From the NCBI RefSeq assembly GCF_022045235.1, contig NW_027266286.1, positions 27,156,001 to 27,220,000 on the forward strand: DNA of 64,000 nucleotides, read 5' to 3'. Under the pieces are notes generated by a model. The model saw nothing but the letters and a program-made list of their open reading frames with translations. It was not told the DNA's origin and did not search any database. A program made the position numbers and the translations under genes. This DNA is from Haliotis cracherodii (taxonomy: Eukaryota). Position 1 is the stretch's first letter. Each line of letters begins with the position of its first letter. Positions 1 through 11,161 of this stretch are shown piece after piece.

Positions 1-113
1 AGCCGAAGACGTGGGTTCGATTTCTCGCATGGGTACAACGTGTGAAGCCCATTTCTGGTGTCCACCGGGTTATTGCAGGAACAATATTATTGCTCAAAGC
101 GGCTTGAAATGAA
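1..113 (+). mobile_element. tRNA-derived SINE family A, cut by window start
   Basis: B-box-like GGTTCGATT, body ATGGGTACAACGTGTGAAGCCCATTTCTGGTGTCC and tail ATTGCTCAAAGCGGC match the other family A copies. Confidence 0.8.
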
Positions 114-228
114 CTGTAAATGATCGAGTCTGGACCAGGCAGTCCATTGAATGCTAGCATGAGAGAAGATCCTACCGTCGGTGTTGAATGAAACACAATC
201 GTAAATTTCTGTGATGTTTTCAGTTTTT

Positions 229-341
229 TTCAGCAATATCACACCAGAAATGGGCTTCACACTTTGTACCATTGTTGGGAATAGAACCCGATCTTTCGTC
301 GTGACGAGCGAACGCTTTAACCACTAGGCATACCGTCTGCC
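229..341 (-). mobile_element. SINE family A, diverged partial copy
   Basis: CACCAGAAATGGGCTTCACAC...GTGACGAGCGAACGCTTTAACCACTAGGC is the reverse complement of the family A head and body. Confidence 0.85.
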
Positions 342-374
342 TCTGACATATTGTAATCACTGACTTCTCACGAG

Positions 375-660
375 TCAGTTCTCACAGGCAGTGCTCACAG
401 GCAGGTCTCACAGGCAGTTCTCACAGGCAGTTCTCACAGGCTGTTCTAACAGGCAGGTCTCACAGGCAGTTCTAACAGGCAGCTTGAGAGCAGGTCTCAC
501 AGGCAGTGCCCACAGGCAGGTCTCACAGGCAGTGCTCACAGGCAGGTCTCACAGGCAGTGCTCACAGGCAGGTCTCACAGGCAGTGCTCACAGGCAGGTC
601 TCACAGGCAGTTCTCACGGGCAGCTCTCACAGGCAGTGCTCACATGCAGTTATCACAGAC
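375..660. repeat. Minisatellite of 13-14-bp units (CTCACAGGCAG core), partly 27-bp dimeric
   Basis: About 20 copies of CTCACAGGCAG joined by GT/TG/TT linkers. Confidence 0.9.
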
Positions 661-1039
661 AGCACGGGGTACCGGGGACTTATTCTGGCGGGATATCCTC
701 GTGAATGTACAGTGCGATAGTGGGTCAGGTTGGTCGTTGTTGTAGTCCTAAATGGATGTGTTAACAGTATTTCAGTTACATCACAACGTATTGGCATATT
801 CTGGAAGGAAAGACCATTGAACTACAGGTGGTAGATGGCGAAATCAACCAGTGCGGTTTTAGCTCTATTTTTGAGGTTAATGTTAGATTCGAACCCACGA
901 TCACCGGATCCTGGCAGCTAAGGGACGTAACTATAAGGATGAGGAAGGCACTGTTGGTGAGCCGTGACACTACATGCGTGGGTGCTGACCGACAGAGGGG
1001 CACTAATTGGTTCTAATCCTGGATTCAAACGCATGACTA

Positions 1040-1800
1040 GGTGAGGGACATAACCCAGTATGCCACCCATCGATCGTAAAGAAGCTGATATGGTTCCTTC
1101 GCGTCTTGGTAGTTACATCTACTTCTAAATGAATCATTGAGCTGAAAGGGCGGCCCATTGACGCAGGAGCGCGGGCAAAGACCAGTCAGCAATATTCCAG
1201 TTCTCACGGCGCCTTTGAAACAATAGCCAATGAATGACAACACGAAGGAAAGGTCATCGTACCAAGGTCAGTATCACAATCTGATGTTCATCGCATCAGC
1301 CTCTGTTTGATCATCTCGACAACTTCTTCATTTTGGGCAGACCGCCTCCGTGGTCTAGCGGTAGAGCGTCCGCCCGGAGAGCGGAAGGTCCGGGTTTGGA
1401 TCCCCGGCCACGTCTGACCAAAAGACGTTAATAGATGGTACTTGTTGTTACCCTGTCTGGCGCTCGGCATTAAGGGGCTAAAACAAGCACTGGTCGGCTC
1501 GGAGTCAGTATACTGTGTCTGAGTGGGGTATTCATGTAAACTGCGGCATGGTATCTCAGTGATCTAGCACTAAAAGTCGGCATCAGTCCGGACTAGTACA
1601 AGCAGCCACACAAACACACACACGTACATGCACGTCGCTATATAAGTGCGATAATCTTGGACGCGACGTTAAACCCCATTTAACCTCACCTCACCTCATT
1701 TTGGGCAACATAGAGGTAGTCAGTAAAAGGGTGTAATATTATTAACATCATTAACATGATTACCATCAGATCCTTTCACTCTGATACCGTACCTCTGATA
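1040..1800 (-). mobile_element. Possible very old non-LTR retrotransposon (RTE/RTE-X-like) ORF2 C-terminal fragment, interrupted by a family C SINE
   Basis: By-eye minus-strand translation gives QNEEV..MIKQRLMR and GPP...YQLLYDRWVAYW, resembling the TNEEL / IRQRRLR / GRP...DR..W motifs at RTE-type ORF2 ends; heavily frameshifted. Confidence 0.3.
1340..1695 (+). mobile_element. SINE family C (tRNA head plus Meta/MESC-like core), full length
   Basis: A box TGGTCTAGCGG; degenerate B box GGTTTGGATCC; core ACCAAAAGACGTT...CTGGTCGGCTCGGAGTCAGTATACTGTGTCTGAGTGGGG...CTAGCACT; (CACCT)n tail; 12-bp TSD TCATTTTGGGCA at 1328-1339 and 1696-1707. Confidence 0.9.
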
Positions 1801-1817
1801 CACATCTGATGACACTT

Positions 1818-2058
1818 GACCGCCTCCGTGGTCTAGTGGTAGAGCGTCCGCCCGGAGAGCGGAATGTCCGGGGTACCAAAAGACGTTAAAAGATGGTACT
1901 TGTTGTTACCCTGTCTCGGCATAAGGGGGCTAAGACAAGGACTGGTCGGCTCGGAATTCAGTATACGGTGTCTGAGTGGGGTATTCATGTTAAACTGCGG
2001 CATGGTGTCCCAGTGGACTAGCACCATAAAATCGGCGTTAGTCCCGATTAGTACAAGC
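1818..2058 (+). mobile_element. SINE family C, 3'-truncated
   Basis: Same head GACCGCCTCCGTGGTCTAGTGG and core as the 1340 copy; ends at a C-rich tract. Confidence 0.85.
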
Positions 2059-2129
2059 ACCCCACCCACCACCCCACCCCAAACCCCCACCACTACCACC
2101 ATTGAGATTCTAAATGGTTGGTGGGAAGG

Positions 2130-2300
2130 TTAGTGAATGAGTTCGTTGACAGGTGACTGTGAGTTGGTCGATAAGTGAGTGAGTGAGTTGGTAGATATAT
2201 GAGTGCGTGAATTGGTAGATGTGTGAATGATTAAGTTTGTAGGTAGGTAGGTGAGTGAGTGTGTTAGTCACTAAATGAGTCAGTGAGTGAGAGAATGAGC
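2130..2300. repeat. Degenerate (GTGA)n low-complexity tract
   Basis: Repeated GTGA/GTAG units. Confidence 0.7.
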
Positions 2301-2745
2301 GAGTTTGACGCCGTATTGTACGTAATAACGGGTGACTGATACGTTCACACACAAACACAACCGGAGGTCGGTGAAATCTCTGTATAATGACAGTTCTCTT
2401 CAAATAACAGCATTCGAGGAAATCCCAGAGGCAATTACCCTCCCGGGGCACCCAGGTCTTGATATCTACACTGGCAAGAATAATAGATCTCAGCAACAGC
2501 GTACAACGTTTAGACGTCCTTTAACGAGCGTCTCCGCCGCTGGTAGATGCACATTGTCTCCTGTCCGGGAGACCGACAATGTATCCTTCAAGAATTCTTA
2601 TAAATAAACATATAACGTGTTGTAACTGAGACTTAATTTATTCGACCACCCTGTTATGATTGTCGTGGCTGATGCGATCGTGACGTCAGGGTCACGTGAC
2701 CCGCTCCACTTTCTTCATCAGTAGCTCAAAGACCTCGGTGGTCTA

Positions 2746-2850
2746 AACTGCCGGGTAAAAGAAAGTATACACCCATGGTGGCTAAAATGAATCAAACAAG
2801 ACATGGTTAGTCGTTGGTGGTGTATTTAATAGGGGTAACATAGAAGTGTG
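2746..2850 (+). mobile_element. Tc1/mariner-type MITE family T, left part
   Basis: TA followed by AACTGCCGGGTAAAAGAAAGTATACAC TIR and GGTGGCTAAAATGAA body, shared with the 26068 copy. Confidence 0.7.
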
Positions 2851-3089
2851 GTGTGTGGTACCCAGGAGGTGAATTGATAAACGAAGCTTGAAAAATACAT
2901 CAAAATATATAGAATAAATAAGACAGAATTGAAAGTGTGGATGCTGGAGAAGAGACATAATTTATTTGGACCTTTCCGAGAGGAGACCTTTTTTCTAGCC
3001 AGGCTGTAGAATTGTAGAATGACCTCAACCTTCGCGGTAGGTTCTGCGCGAAAGGCAGGGTCAGTGAGTTGAGTGTAACATCGCTTTGA

Positions 3090-3252
3090 GTGAGTGAGTG
3101 AGTATGGTTTTACGCCGCTTTTAGCAATATTCCAACATCACGGCGGGGGACACCAGAAATGGGCTTCACATATTGTACCAATGTCGGGAATCGAACCCGG
3201 GTCTTCAGCTTGACGAGCGAACGCTTTAACCACTAGGCTACCCGACCGCCCC
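3090..3252 (-). mobile_element. SINE family A, near full length
   Basis: Minus strand has A box TAGCCTAGTGG, GTC anticodon-like loop, B box GGTTCGATTCC and (ACTC)n tail; TSD AACAYCGCTTTGA at 3077-3089 and 3253-3265. Confidence 0.92.
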
Positions 3253-4450
3253 AACACCGCTTTGAACATTATTTCAGGTACGTCAGCAGTGAAGCCCGAA
3301 GTGATGCTGTATACCACTTTGGTTAACTCGACGAGCGCGGGTGTGGTGCAATATCTTTTATGCCAAGATCTTTTACACCGATGCGATACCTCACTGCGTG
3401 AAGGTCTGAGGACACTTGCATCGGAGGTCAAGGCAGGTGTACCCTTAGCCTAAGTTGACTGAATAATCTAAATGAAGGCTGCGAAGGTTCTTGAGCCAAA
3501 CTGCTGTCAGGATTCTAGATCGATTCGTCTTAATTTTTAACCTCGATTCGGACATTTCGATTTTCACAAATAAAACCCCACACAATACACAAATATTGCT
3601 TTCACTGTACTCCCGTTTTGGGTGTAGCTGCCATGGAGCTCAGAAACGACAGGATGTATGAAATATCCACAATATAATGACGCCACCATACTCTGGTACT
3701 TTTAGTATGTTTTCGAGATACAGAAATCAGAAATGCGGGTTTGAATGCTTCGATCACTCGTACAAAGGATTTAGAAGCCTCGACGCTGATTGGCTGATTA
3801 GAAAGTTCACGCGACCTCCAATGGATGGAGGTGTCATCATATCTTCACGCAGAGAGGCATCGTGTCTGAGTAAAACGCATTATGTTTATGAGATATTGTA
3901 AGGCACTGACAAATCTAGAATTATAATCATGACGAATGTGAGATTCGAACTCAAGATCACAGGGATCTGGCATGCATAAGGGACGCAACTCTGTACAACG
4001 AAAAGTGGCTCCCTTGATGACAGTGTCACCAATATCTAATTACAGTGTTACCCATTTTTAATGTTCGCAACCTCGGCACAATTTCAAGAGTGTCAACCTG
4101 GAGAAGACCATACAGCCTAGCTCTCTTTAATCTCATCTGACTACACAGTGAGTGAGTGAGTGAGTGAGTGAGTGAAAGGTGTTTTGTGCCGTAATCCGAA
4201 ATCTCCCCGGCCTTGTCAAACCGGCACTTTATACCGTTTGATCCGACTAGGATCAGTCAAACCAGAGTGGTTGACGAATGTAGTGAAATAGTCGTTACAT
4301 ACAACCTGGCCCTGGTTCACAGAGCGAGCTCAGCCATACGACTCTCGGTACTCTTATACTGTAACACTGGCTGCAGAATGTGTATGTTGACGTATAGTTA
4401 TTTGTTTGTCGTAGCAGTAATGTACCCTGTGAATATGGACAGTCGACCAT

Positions 4451-4985
4451 GTCCACAGAGAGAATTTAGCGCTACGACTGAAGAGGGTCCACATCAAGAG
4501 ATAGGATTTCTGTCGTAACTCTTGGATGCCTTATTAAAACTTGACCTTATCCACAGAGAGAATTTAGTGCTACGACTGAAGAAAGTCTATATTAAGATGT
4601 AGTATTCTGTCGTAGCTCTTGGATGCCTATTAAACTTGACCTTGTCCACAGAGAGAATTTAGCGCTACGACTGAAGAAGGTCCACATCAAGAGATAGGAT
4701 TTCTGTCGTAACTCTTGGATGCCTATTAAAACTTGACCTTGTCCACAGAGAGAATTTGGCGCTACGACAGAAGAAAGTCTATAATAAGATATAGTATCCT
4801 GTCGTAGCTCTTGGATGCCTTATTAAAACTTGACCTTGTCCACAGAGAGAATTTAGCGCTACGACTGAAGACAGTCTATATTAAGATATAATATTAATAG
4901 TATTCTGTCGTAGCTCTTTGATGCCTTAATAAAACTTGACCTTGTTCACAGAGCGAACTTAGCGCTACGACTGAAGAAAATCTGT
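4451..4985. repeat. Tandem repeat, ~97-bp unit x ~5.5, with internal inverted repeat
   Basis: Unit starts (TCCACAGAG; sixth is TTCACAGAG) at 4452, 4550, 4645, 4742, 4839, 4945; full units carry GCTACGAC...GTCGTAGC (GTCGTAAC in units 1 and 3). Confidence 0.92.
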
Positions 4986-5604
4986 GTTGAGGTACTGTAT
5001 TTGAGTCATCCCACTAAGACACCTTGTTAAACGGGACACTCGACCCTTCCCACTGCACGGGCTTGGGGCAGAAGCGTCTGATGCAGTTACCTTGTTGCGA
5101 CATTAGTGCCTATACCGGTCTGAGGACCGTGGCCAAAGTCTCGACCGAGGATGGTCATCTATTGATGTCATCATTAAAGGTCAGAAGACGCTCTTGATGT
5201 CCCTTATCTACGTAGTGACCAGGCAGCTTGACCAACCGATCTTAATGAGGTCACGAAGCAACTACCGAACTTCACGGGCATGCCGGGGATCACCTAGCCT
5301 TGCTCCAAGGCTATACTGAATGGTAGGTTCATGGGTGTATAGTAATACTATCCTCATAATAGGCAAGTCTAGATAAACACGGTCTGAGGACGCCAGTCTC
5401 TTATTTCTAAAATCTACAAATTCTGCTTTAAACGAATACTTCTTGCCTTAGAGTCTTGTGCAAGTCTAGGGGTCACTCAGTCTTGGAATATACCGAAATG
5501 CTGTGTTTAAGAATCACGACAGTCGTAGTTCAAAGATCGCTTTGGATATGTGCGTGCGTGCATGCGTACAAGTGTGCATGTCTGCGCGTGTGTGTGTACA
5601 TAGA

Positions 5605-5825
5605 TGTAGCTGCAAATAATCCAATATGGTGGACCAGCCAATCCAGTGGTTGATATTATGAAGAGCAACTCCATTGGGGTACAGTCAATCTCATTAAAAC
5701 CTAATATTTCGTTTCGATACGTTTCGTTCACATAGCCTGGCAACACATTAACCAACCCATTAAATCTTCTCTAACGACCAGCATAGGTTACCAGGGACGA
5801 ATTCTAACCCGGAACCATGACGCGT
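5605..5825 (-). mobile_element. Old diverged family B copy
   Basis: TGGACCAGCCAATCCAGTGGTTGATAT and AGCATAGGTTACC...ATTCTAACCCGGA align to the reverse complement of family B. Confidence 0.55.
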
Positions 5826-6548
5826 TTAGAGTAAACTTAATGATGCAGCATGTTCTGGGTACTAAATATAACGGAACCAATCTGCAAGAGTTATTTTCTA
5901 TCGTTACGAGTGTGGTGCCAATCTTTAGGCCCCTTCTCCAGTATTTGAACACTGACTTAAGACCGTCGTTGTGCTGAGACCGCTTTGTGAAGCAGGACCC
6001 TGTACTCTACAACTCTCACAACGCGAATTTCAGAAGGTTCAATTACACTAAATACCCAGATTACACTGCATAATTCAGTTTAATCCCAGAAAGGACAAAA
6101 GGCTCCCACGTAGTTTTGTTTAATACGCAGCACTAAAACAAAACACAATTCATTTTCGCACGTTGTCAGGACGAAAAATAACACTGACATTTTTTGTTGA
6201 GAAATGCTTTTCATTGTACGGGTTTTATGATCTTGTTGCGTCGCTTGCTCTCTCGTCCATCCAAGACAGGCAACCAGTGCATCCGGGTTTGTTTACATCG
6301 GTAACGCTATACCTGTGTTAGCGGGGCTGTTCAGGTGTAAGAAATTTGTCGCTGTTTTGTTACGGGGAACGTAAATGTCAGTTTGATACATGTGCGTGGG
6401 GGATCTACCTCGTGTGATGACTATTAACATCAGATTTTGTGAAAGAGCAAGATGCTGGCGATCGTGTATTAACCCAATGATCAGGAGATAGCTGTGATAG
6501 CACAGGTTACGACGAAGGTATAGCTGTGTATTGAAGTGGTCGGGTTTC

Positions 6549-6821
6549 GACCCCTGAAGATCCAGGGTAGAATAGGTCTTCAGCATCCCATGCTTGTCGT
6601 AAAAGGCGAGTATGCTTGTCGTAAAAGGCGACTAACGGGATCGGGTGGTCAGACTCAATATAGTCTACATACAATAAAGATTGATTGACTCGCTGACTTG
6701 GTTGATGCATTTCATCGATCCCAATTGCTTGGAACGATGTTAATCACTGGATTGTCTGGTCCAGACCGCCATCATATAGATGGAATATTGCTGTGTGCGG
6801 CGTAAAACAACAAACCAAACC
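6549..6821 (+). mobile_element. Short retroposon family B (non-tRNA head)
   Basis: GACCCCTGAAGATCCAGGGTAGAATAGGTCTTCAG head, duplicated ATGCTTGTCGTAAAAGGCGA motif, shared tail; ~30-bp insertion between duplicated GACTC near 6653-6692. Confidence 0.9.
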
Positions 6822-7083
6822 AGTTGGGTATAACGCCGCTTTTAACAGTACTACAGTTATGTCGCGGTGTGTCAGCTTAATGTGTGAGGAAAGCCCGAAG
6901 TGATGCCGGTTTCAGACGGTTACCTCTTCGGTGAAACTCACGAGCACGGATATGGTGCTGACAAACCTAGAAACATAATTGGGGCGAACCGGGATTCGAA
7001 CCACAATCATGGGTTTCTAATGTGCCCAAGGGGCTCTGCACAGCGAATCGCGGCGCCTAAGACGACGGGGCCATCCGTACCAC
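6822..7083 (-). mobile_element. SINE family D (tRNA-Leu-like head), tail-to-tail with a family B copy
   Basis: Homologous to the 20409-20678 and 24743-24975 copies. Confidence 0.85.
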
Positions 7084-7307
7084 CATGTATTGAAGTGTAA
7101 AACAATACAAGGATTACTGATGTGTCAAACACAACATATACGTATTATCATTTTACAGATGGTTTAGTAATTGCCAGCAGATTAGAACAAATAAAAAACG
7201 ATAACGCCTTATTCGTATCTCCGTCACAATACAAATCCAAAGGTAGAAACAAGATTCTGCAACATGGCTTGTTTGATCCTGACCTGATTATTTAAAAAGA
7301 CATTATA

Positions 7308-7541
7308 TAGTAACTGCAAAACAAAGTATACACCCAGTCATGATGATGGCTAAAAATTAAAAAAACAAACAAGAAATGGCTATTCGATGGTGATGTATTT
7401 GATACTGGTATCATGGTTGTATTTTTTACCTTAAGGTTGCAGTGATTCGGCGACTGTTTTCTGCCTAGTAACGTTTTCATGCGTTTGTGAATTGTTGGTC
7501 AACTCCGATTTTAAAGTGTATACTTTTTTTGTCCGGTAGTT
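7308..7541 (+). mobile_element. MITE family T
   Basis: CAAAACAAAGTATACAC / GTGTATACTTTTTTTGTCCGGTAGTT termini; body shared with the 19063 and 26068 copies. Confidence 0.75.
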
Positions 7542-8302
7542 TAGTGTGTTGTATGGCCAGTTTAAACATTCTTGTTTCTTATGATATGTATTTTCAAAAC
7601 TGTCTAGGTCGGGAGGGAGGGAGGATGAGTTTTTAAAAATTCTTCATTAGGTTAGAAATATATAACGTACCCCTTGACCTCTTAGCCACTCCCTACCGCT
7701 TGAAACATGAAGAAATGACCCAACACCATGGTGACAACGACATTGTTCTGTGTATCTGACACACTATATATAACAGGGTGTGTACAAAAAATCGAATCTG
7801 GCTCAAAATGAAATGTGAGCTGAAAATATCGTTTCCTGAAAGCGCTGAAAATATATAAAATATTATTAGGGATGGGAAAGAGGTGAAAGGTGGGTGGCTA
7901 CAAGAAACCCAATATATCATTTTATATACAAACTTAACATAACTGGACAATTGCTGACTGCGCTTTACAACATTCACAGACACATACGTTGTCACAAAGG
8001 CTACAGCCAAACTGTCCATGTATACGTAGTCGTCACCACCTCCTGACATTGTACATAGACCTGTTTATTGAGAAATTCATGATAAGGCTGGACCAATCTT
8101 ATTAGATTTCGTTTTACGGATTTCCCGACCAATATGCCAAGTCGCAGAAACATCAAGGTCACAAGTGAACAAGAAACAGATAGTTGATAAAATATGTTAC
8201 ATATTATTTTGGATTAAAATTAAAGCAAAAAAAACCCACCAAAACAATATGTTAAAATAAGCATATTTTCAATCCAAATCCAAAATAACACTTAGTATAT
8301 AC

Positions 8303-8617
8303 TCCCGTGGGTAAGAATATAGGCCCCTGCGGTCGTAGGAGGTGACAAATGGTCAGGCTTGTTGTTTGCGTGCCATCGTATCTCATTGATCGATGCTCAT
8401 GATGTCAATCACGGTATTTTCTGGTCCAGATTCGATTATTTACAGACCGCCGGCATGTACCTGCCATATTGCTGAGCGCGGCATTAAACATCCTCTATAT
8501 CTCGAAAGGTCGCATTTCTGGGAAAAAAACCACACTTAACTACACTCGAAATGCGAGCCCATGAGATATAGAGGATGGGCATAAAACAACAAACAAACAA
8601 ACAAACAAACAAACAAA
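8303..8617 (+). mobile_element. Family B copy, degenerate head, tail interrupted by a small MITE
   Basis: GATCGATGCTCATGATGTCAATCAC...CTGGTCCAGATTCGATTATTTACAGACCGCC body; (AAAC)n tail. Confidence 0.8.
8489..8577. mobile_element. 89-bp foldback MITE with 15-bp TIR and 9-bp TSD
   Basis: TIR CATCCTCTATATCTC / GAGATATAGAGGATG; inner IR TCGCATTTC / GAAATGCGA; TSD GGCATTAAA / GGCATAAAA. Confidence 0.85.
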
Positions 8618-9085
8618 AGCTGGTGACTTAGTGTGATCCAGGTATATCCACGGATAAGAATGAGAATTCATGATCAGTTAATGTTTAACCCTTCAATGTT
8701 AACGCAAGTAAACCATTGGTAAAACATTCAAAGTCTGAATTGCTGTATGTTATTAACGTTTTAAAAGGTATTTGATCCATCGTTTAATTGATTTTAATGC
8801 ATCTATACACATGCCACCATGCACAGCGAGTGCTGTAGTGCGGCACTTGACATGAACCAGTTCAACAAGACAATGTACACACTGTTGTAAGTGAACACAT
8901 TTCTAGACTTCGTTGTTTTTTTGTATATACACATGCATTAAAATTACCATGTCGACGTGCTTGAAGTTCAGTTTAACCCGGGCAGAGACACTGAAGGTGC
9001 GACACCTGGGCCGCATTCAGCGCTGACCGCAGGCGGAGATCCACCTGTCACCCTACAGCTTACCTTCCTTCTTTGGGCGACTTCT

Positions 9086-9244
9086 AGGTGAGGTGAGGTG
9101 AAATGGGGTTTAACGTCGCGTCCAATATTATTGCACTTACATTGCGACGTGCATGCACGTGTGTGTGTGGCTGCTTGTACTAGTCTGGACTGATGGCGGT
9201 TTATAGCGCTAGCCCACTGAGATACCATGCTGCAGTTTAACATG
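9086..9244 (-). mobile_element. SINE family C, 5'-truncated
   Basis: (AGGTG)n tail and TTTAACGTCGCGTCCAA...GCGACG are the reverse complement of the family C 3' half. Confidence 0.85.
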
Positions 9245-9344
9245 GTCACGTGGTCAAGAGCGGAATAAAACTATATCTCAGTGAGAATTCCTTGTCCCTT
9301 GTCTGCTAATATAGAGATTGTGAGGCTGTCTGTGACATGGGCGA

Positions 9345-9475
9345 CAGTTAGAAGTCAATGTTAAAGTATTGGAGTTGCATGCGGTCGCCTTAGCGCTAAG
9401 ATCGCTTTGCGCAAGTGTGTCTTGTAACCTAGCACTAAGACGACCCATGCGTTAAAAGTAAAGTTGACTTACGAT
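9345..9475. mobile_element. Harbinger-like MITE fragments, related to the 39690 element
   Basis: CCTTAGCGCTAAGAT and TGTTAAAGTA segments shared with 39690-39796. Confidence 0.5.
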
Positions 9476-9482
9476 AGCCCTT

Positions 9483-9786
9483 GACCGCCTCCGTGGTCTA
9501 GTGGAAGAGCGTCCGCCCGAGAGTGGAAGGTCCGGGGTTCGATCCCCAGCCGCGTCATACCAAAAGACGTAAAAAGACGATACTTGTTGTTATCCTGTCG
9601 GACTGGTCGGAGTTAGTATACTGTGTCTGAGTGGGGTATTCATGTTATACTGTGGCATGGTATCTCAGCGGGCTAGCGCTATAAATCGGTATCAGTCCGG
9701 ACTAGTACAAGCAGCCACACACGCGCATTTACGTCGCTATATAAGTACAATAATCTTGGACGCGACGTTAAACCCCATTTCACCTC
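9483..9786 (+). mobile_element. SINE family C with internal deletion
   Basis: A box, B box GGTTCGATCC and core present; 11-bp TSD ACGATAGCCCT at 9471-9481 and 9787-9797. Confidence 0.9.
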
Positions 9787-10375
9787 ACGATAGCCCTCTG
9801 ACAGCTTTTTACGATGGATCCGAACAATATGCTAGATTCTTATTGCGGTTAACCATTACCTCGAGTGCGATAAAGAATAACAACCGTTACACGAGTTTAG
9901 GAGAATGTACGTGCTGAAAGCAATGCAAATGATTACGTTATCTGTGATAGTGGTAGGCGAACTCTCATTCCGTAATCCAGTTATCCGACTTTTTACACTC
10001 AGAGTCTTCATGGCTCGACTTTGGTCAGAGGTCAATTGAATAGTCACATTTACACCTTAAGTAGGTGACATAAAACGGCCTGTCAAGTAGGGAGATTAAA
10101 TCAAGGCATACATATGTAATCTGTACACATCTGTAAACCCTTCATAGACCAAACTAAGAAAAAAATAAAAAAATGATTCGAATAGATTTGAAAACAGATT
10201 GACATTTGAAAACATGTTAGAATATTCAGAAACAATGGGTCTCGTTATTTCAAGTTTATTACATCGCTTTATATGATATAACCCCAGTGTATCCTTATGT
10301 GGTTTAAGATGATAATTATAATTTAATGGTCCTTGCAGCATCAGCACCACTTATATTGTACTCCTCTTGTCTCGA

Positions 10376-10555
10376 GGTGAAGCCCCGTTAATCCGGATGC
10401 TCGAATTCCTTGTGAAATCGAAATCGAGATTTCCGGATTATCGAATCACGTATGGATCAAAGTTCCCTTGTATATGGAGACGTTCCAGAGCAGTATTTGT
10501 CCGGAATCTTAGGGTTCTCTATTGGCGGGGTCTAGACCAGCGAGGTCAGTGTATT
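10376..10555. mobile_element. Possible pogo/Tigger-like MITE remnant
   Basis: GTGAAGCCCCGTTAATCCGGA start and CCAGCGAGGTCAGTGTA end resemble Tigger-type TIRs; similar to 44275-44465. Confidence 0.4.
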
Positions 10556-10700
10556 CGATGGTCCTTTTGAGTTAAGATTTTCGTGTATATGAAAGTATAT
10601 GTATAAATCATACACACGTACGTATAATGTAAGTATGACTTTTCGCAATGCATGCTTGTCTTGCACGTCACGCCTGCCTCTATCACTATGTTGAATTATT

Positions 10701-11114
10701 GGCCTCCGTGGTCTAATGGTAGAGCGGTCCGGTGTTCGATGCCCGGCCGCGTCATACCAAAAGACGTTAAAAGTTGGTACTTCTTATTACCCTGTCTGGC
10801 GCTCGGCATTAAGGGGCTAAAACAAGGACTGGTCGGCTCGGAGTCAGTATACTGTGTCTGGGTGAGGTATTCATGTTAAACTGAGACATGGTATCTCAGT
10901 GAGCTAGCACTATAAATCGGTATCAGTCCNNNNNNNNNNNNNNNNNNNNNNNNNNNNNNNNNNNNNNNNNNNNNNNNNNNNNNNNNNNNNNNNNNNNNNN
11001 NNNNNNNNNNNNNNNNNNNNNNNNNNNNNNNNNNNNNNNNNNNNNNNNNNNNNNNNNNNNNNNNNGCAATAATCTTGGACGTGACGTTAAACCACATTTC
11101 ACCTCACCTCACCT
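10701..11114 (+). mobile_element. SINE family C spanning the assembly gap
   Basis: Core before the N run; GACGTTAAACC and (CACCT)n tail after it. Confidence 0.85.
10930..11065. other. Assembly gap (136 N)
   Basis: Run of N lying where family C copies carry a (CA)n tract. Confidence 0.99.
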
Positions 11115-11161
11115 ATAACTAACGGCATTGTTTCAGTATTAACACAGGTAAATATACGCGT

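Noticed and set aside
391-745. Repetitive 109-aa and 79-aa ORFs
   Set aside because: Arise from the 13-14-bp minisatellite.
3180-3252. tRNA genes (tRNA-Asp-, Leu- or Ser-like heads)
   Set aside because: All are followed by SINE bodies and tails, many with TSDs, and lack intact cloverleaves, so they are SINE heads.
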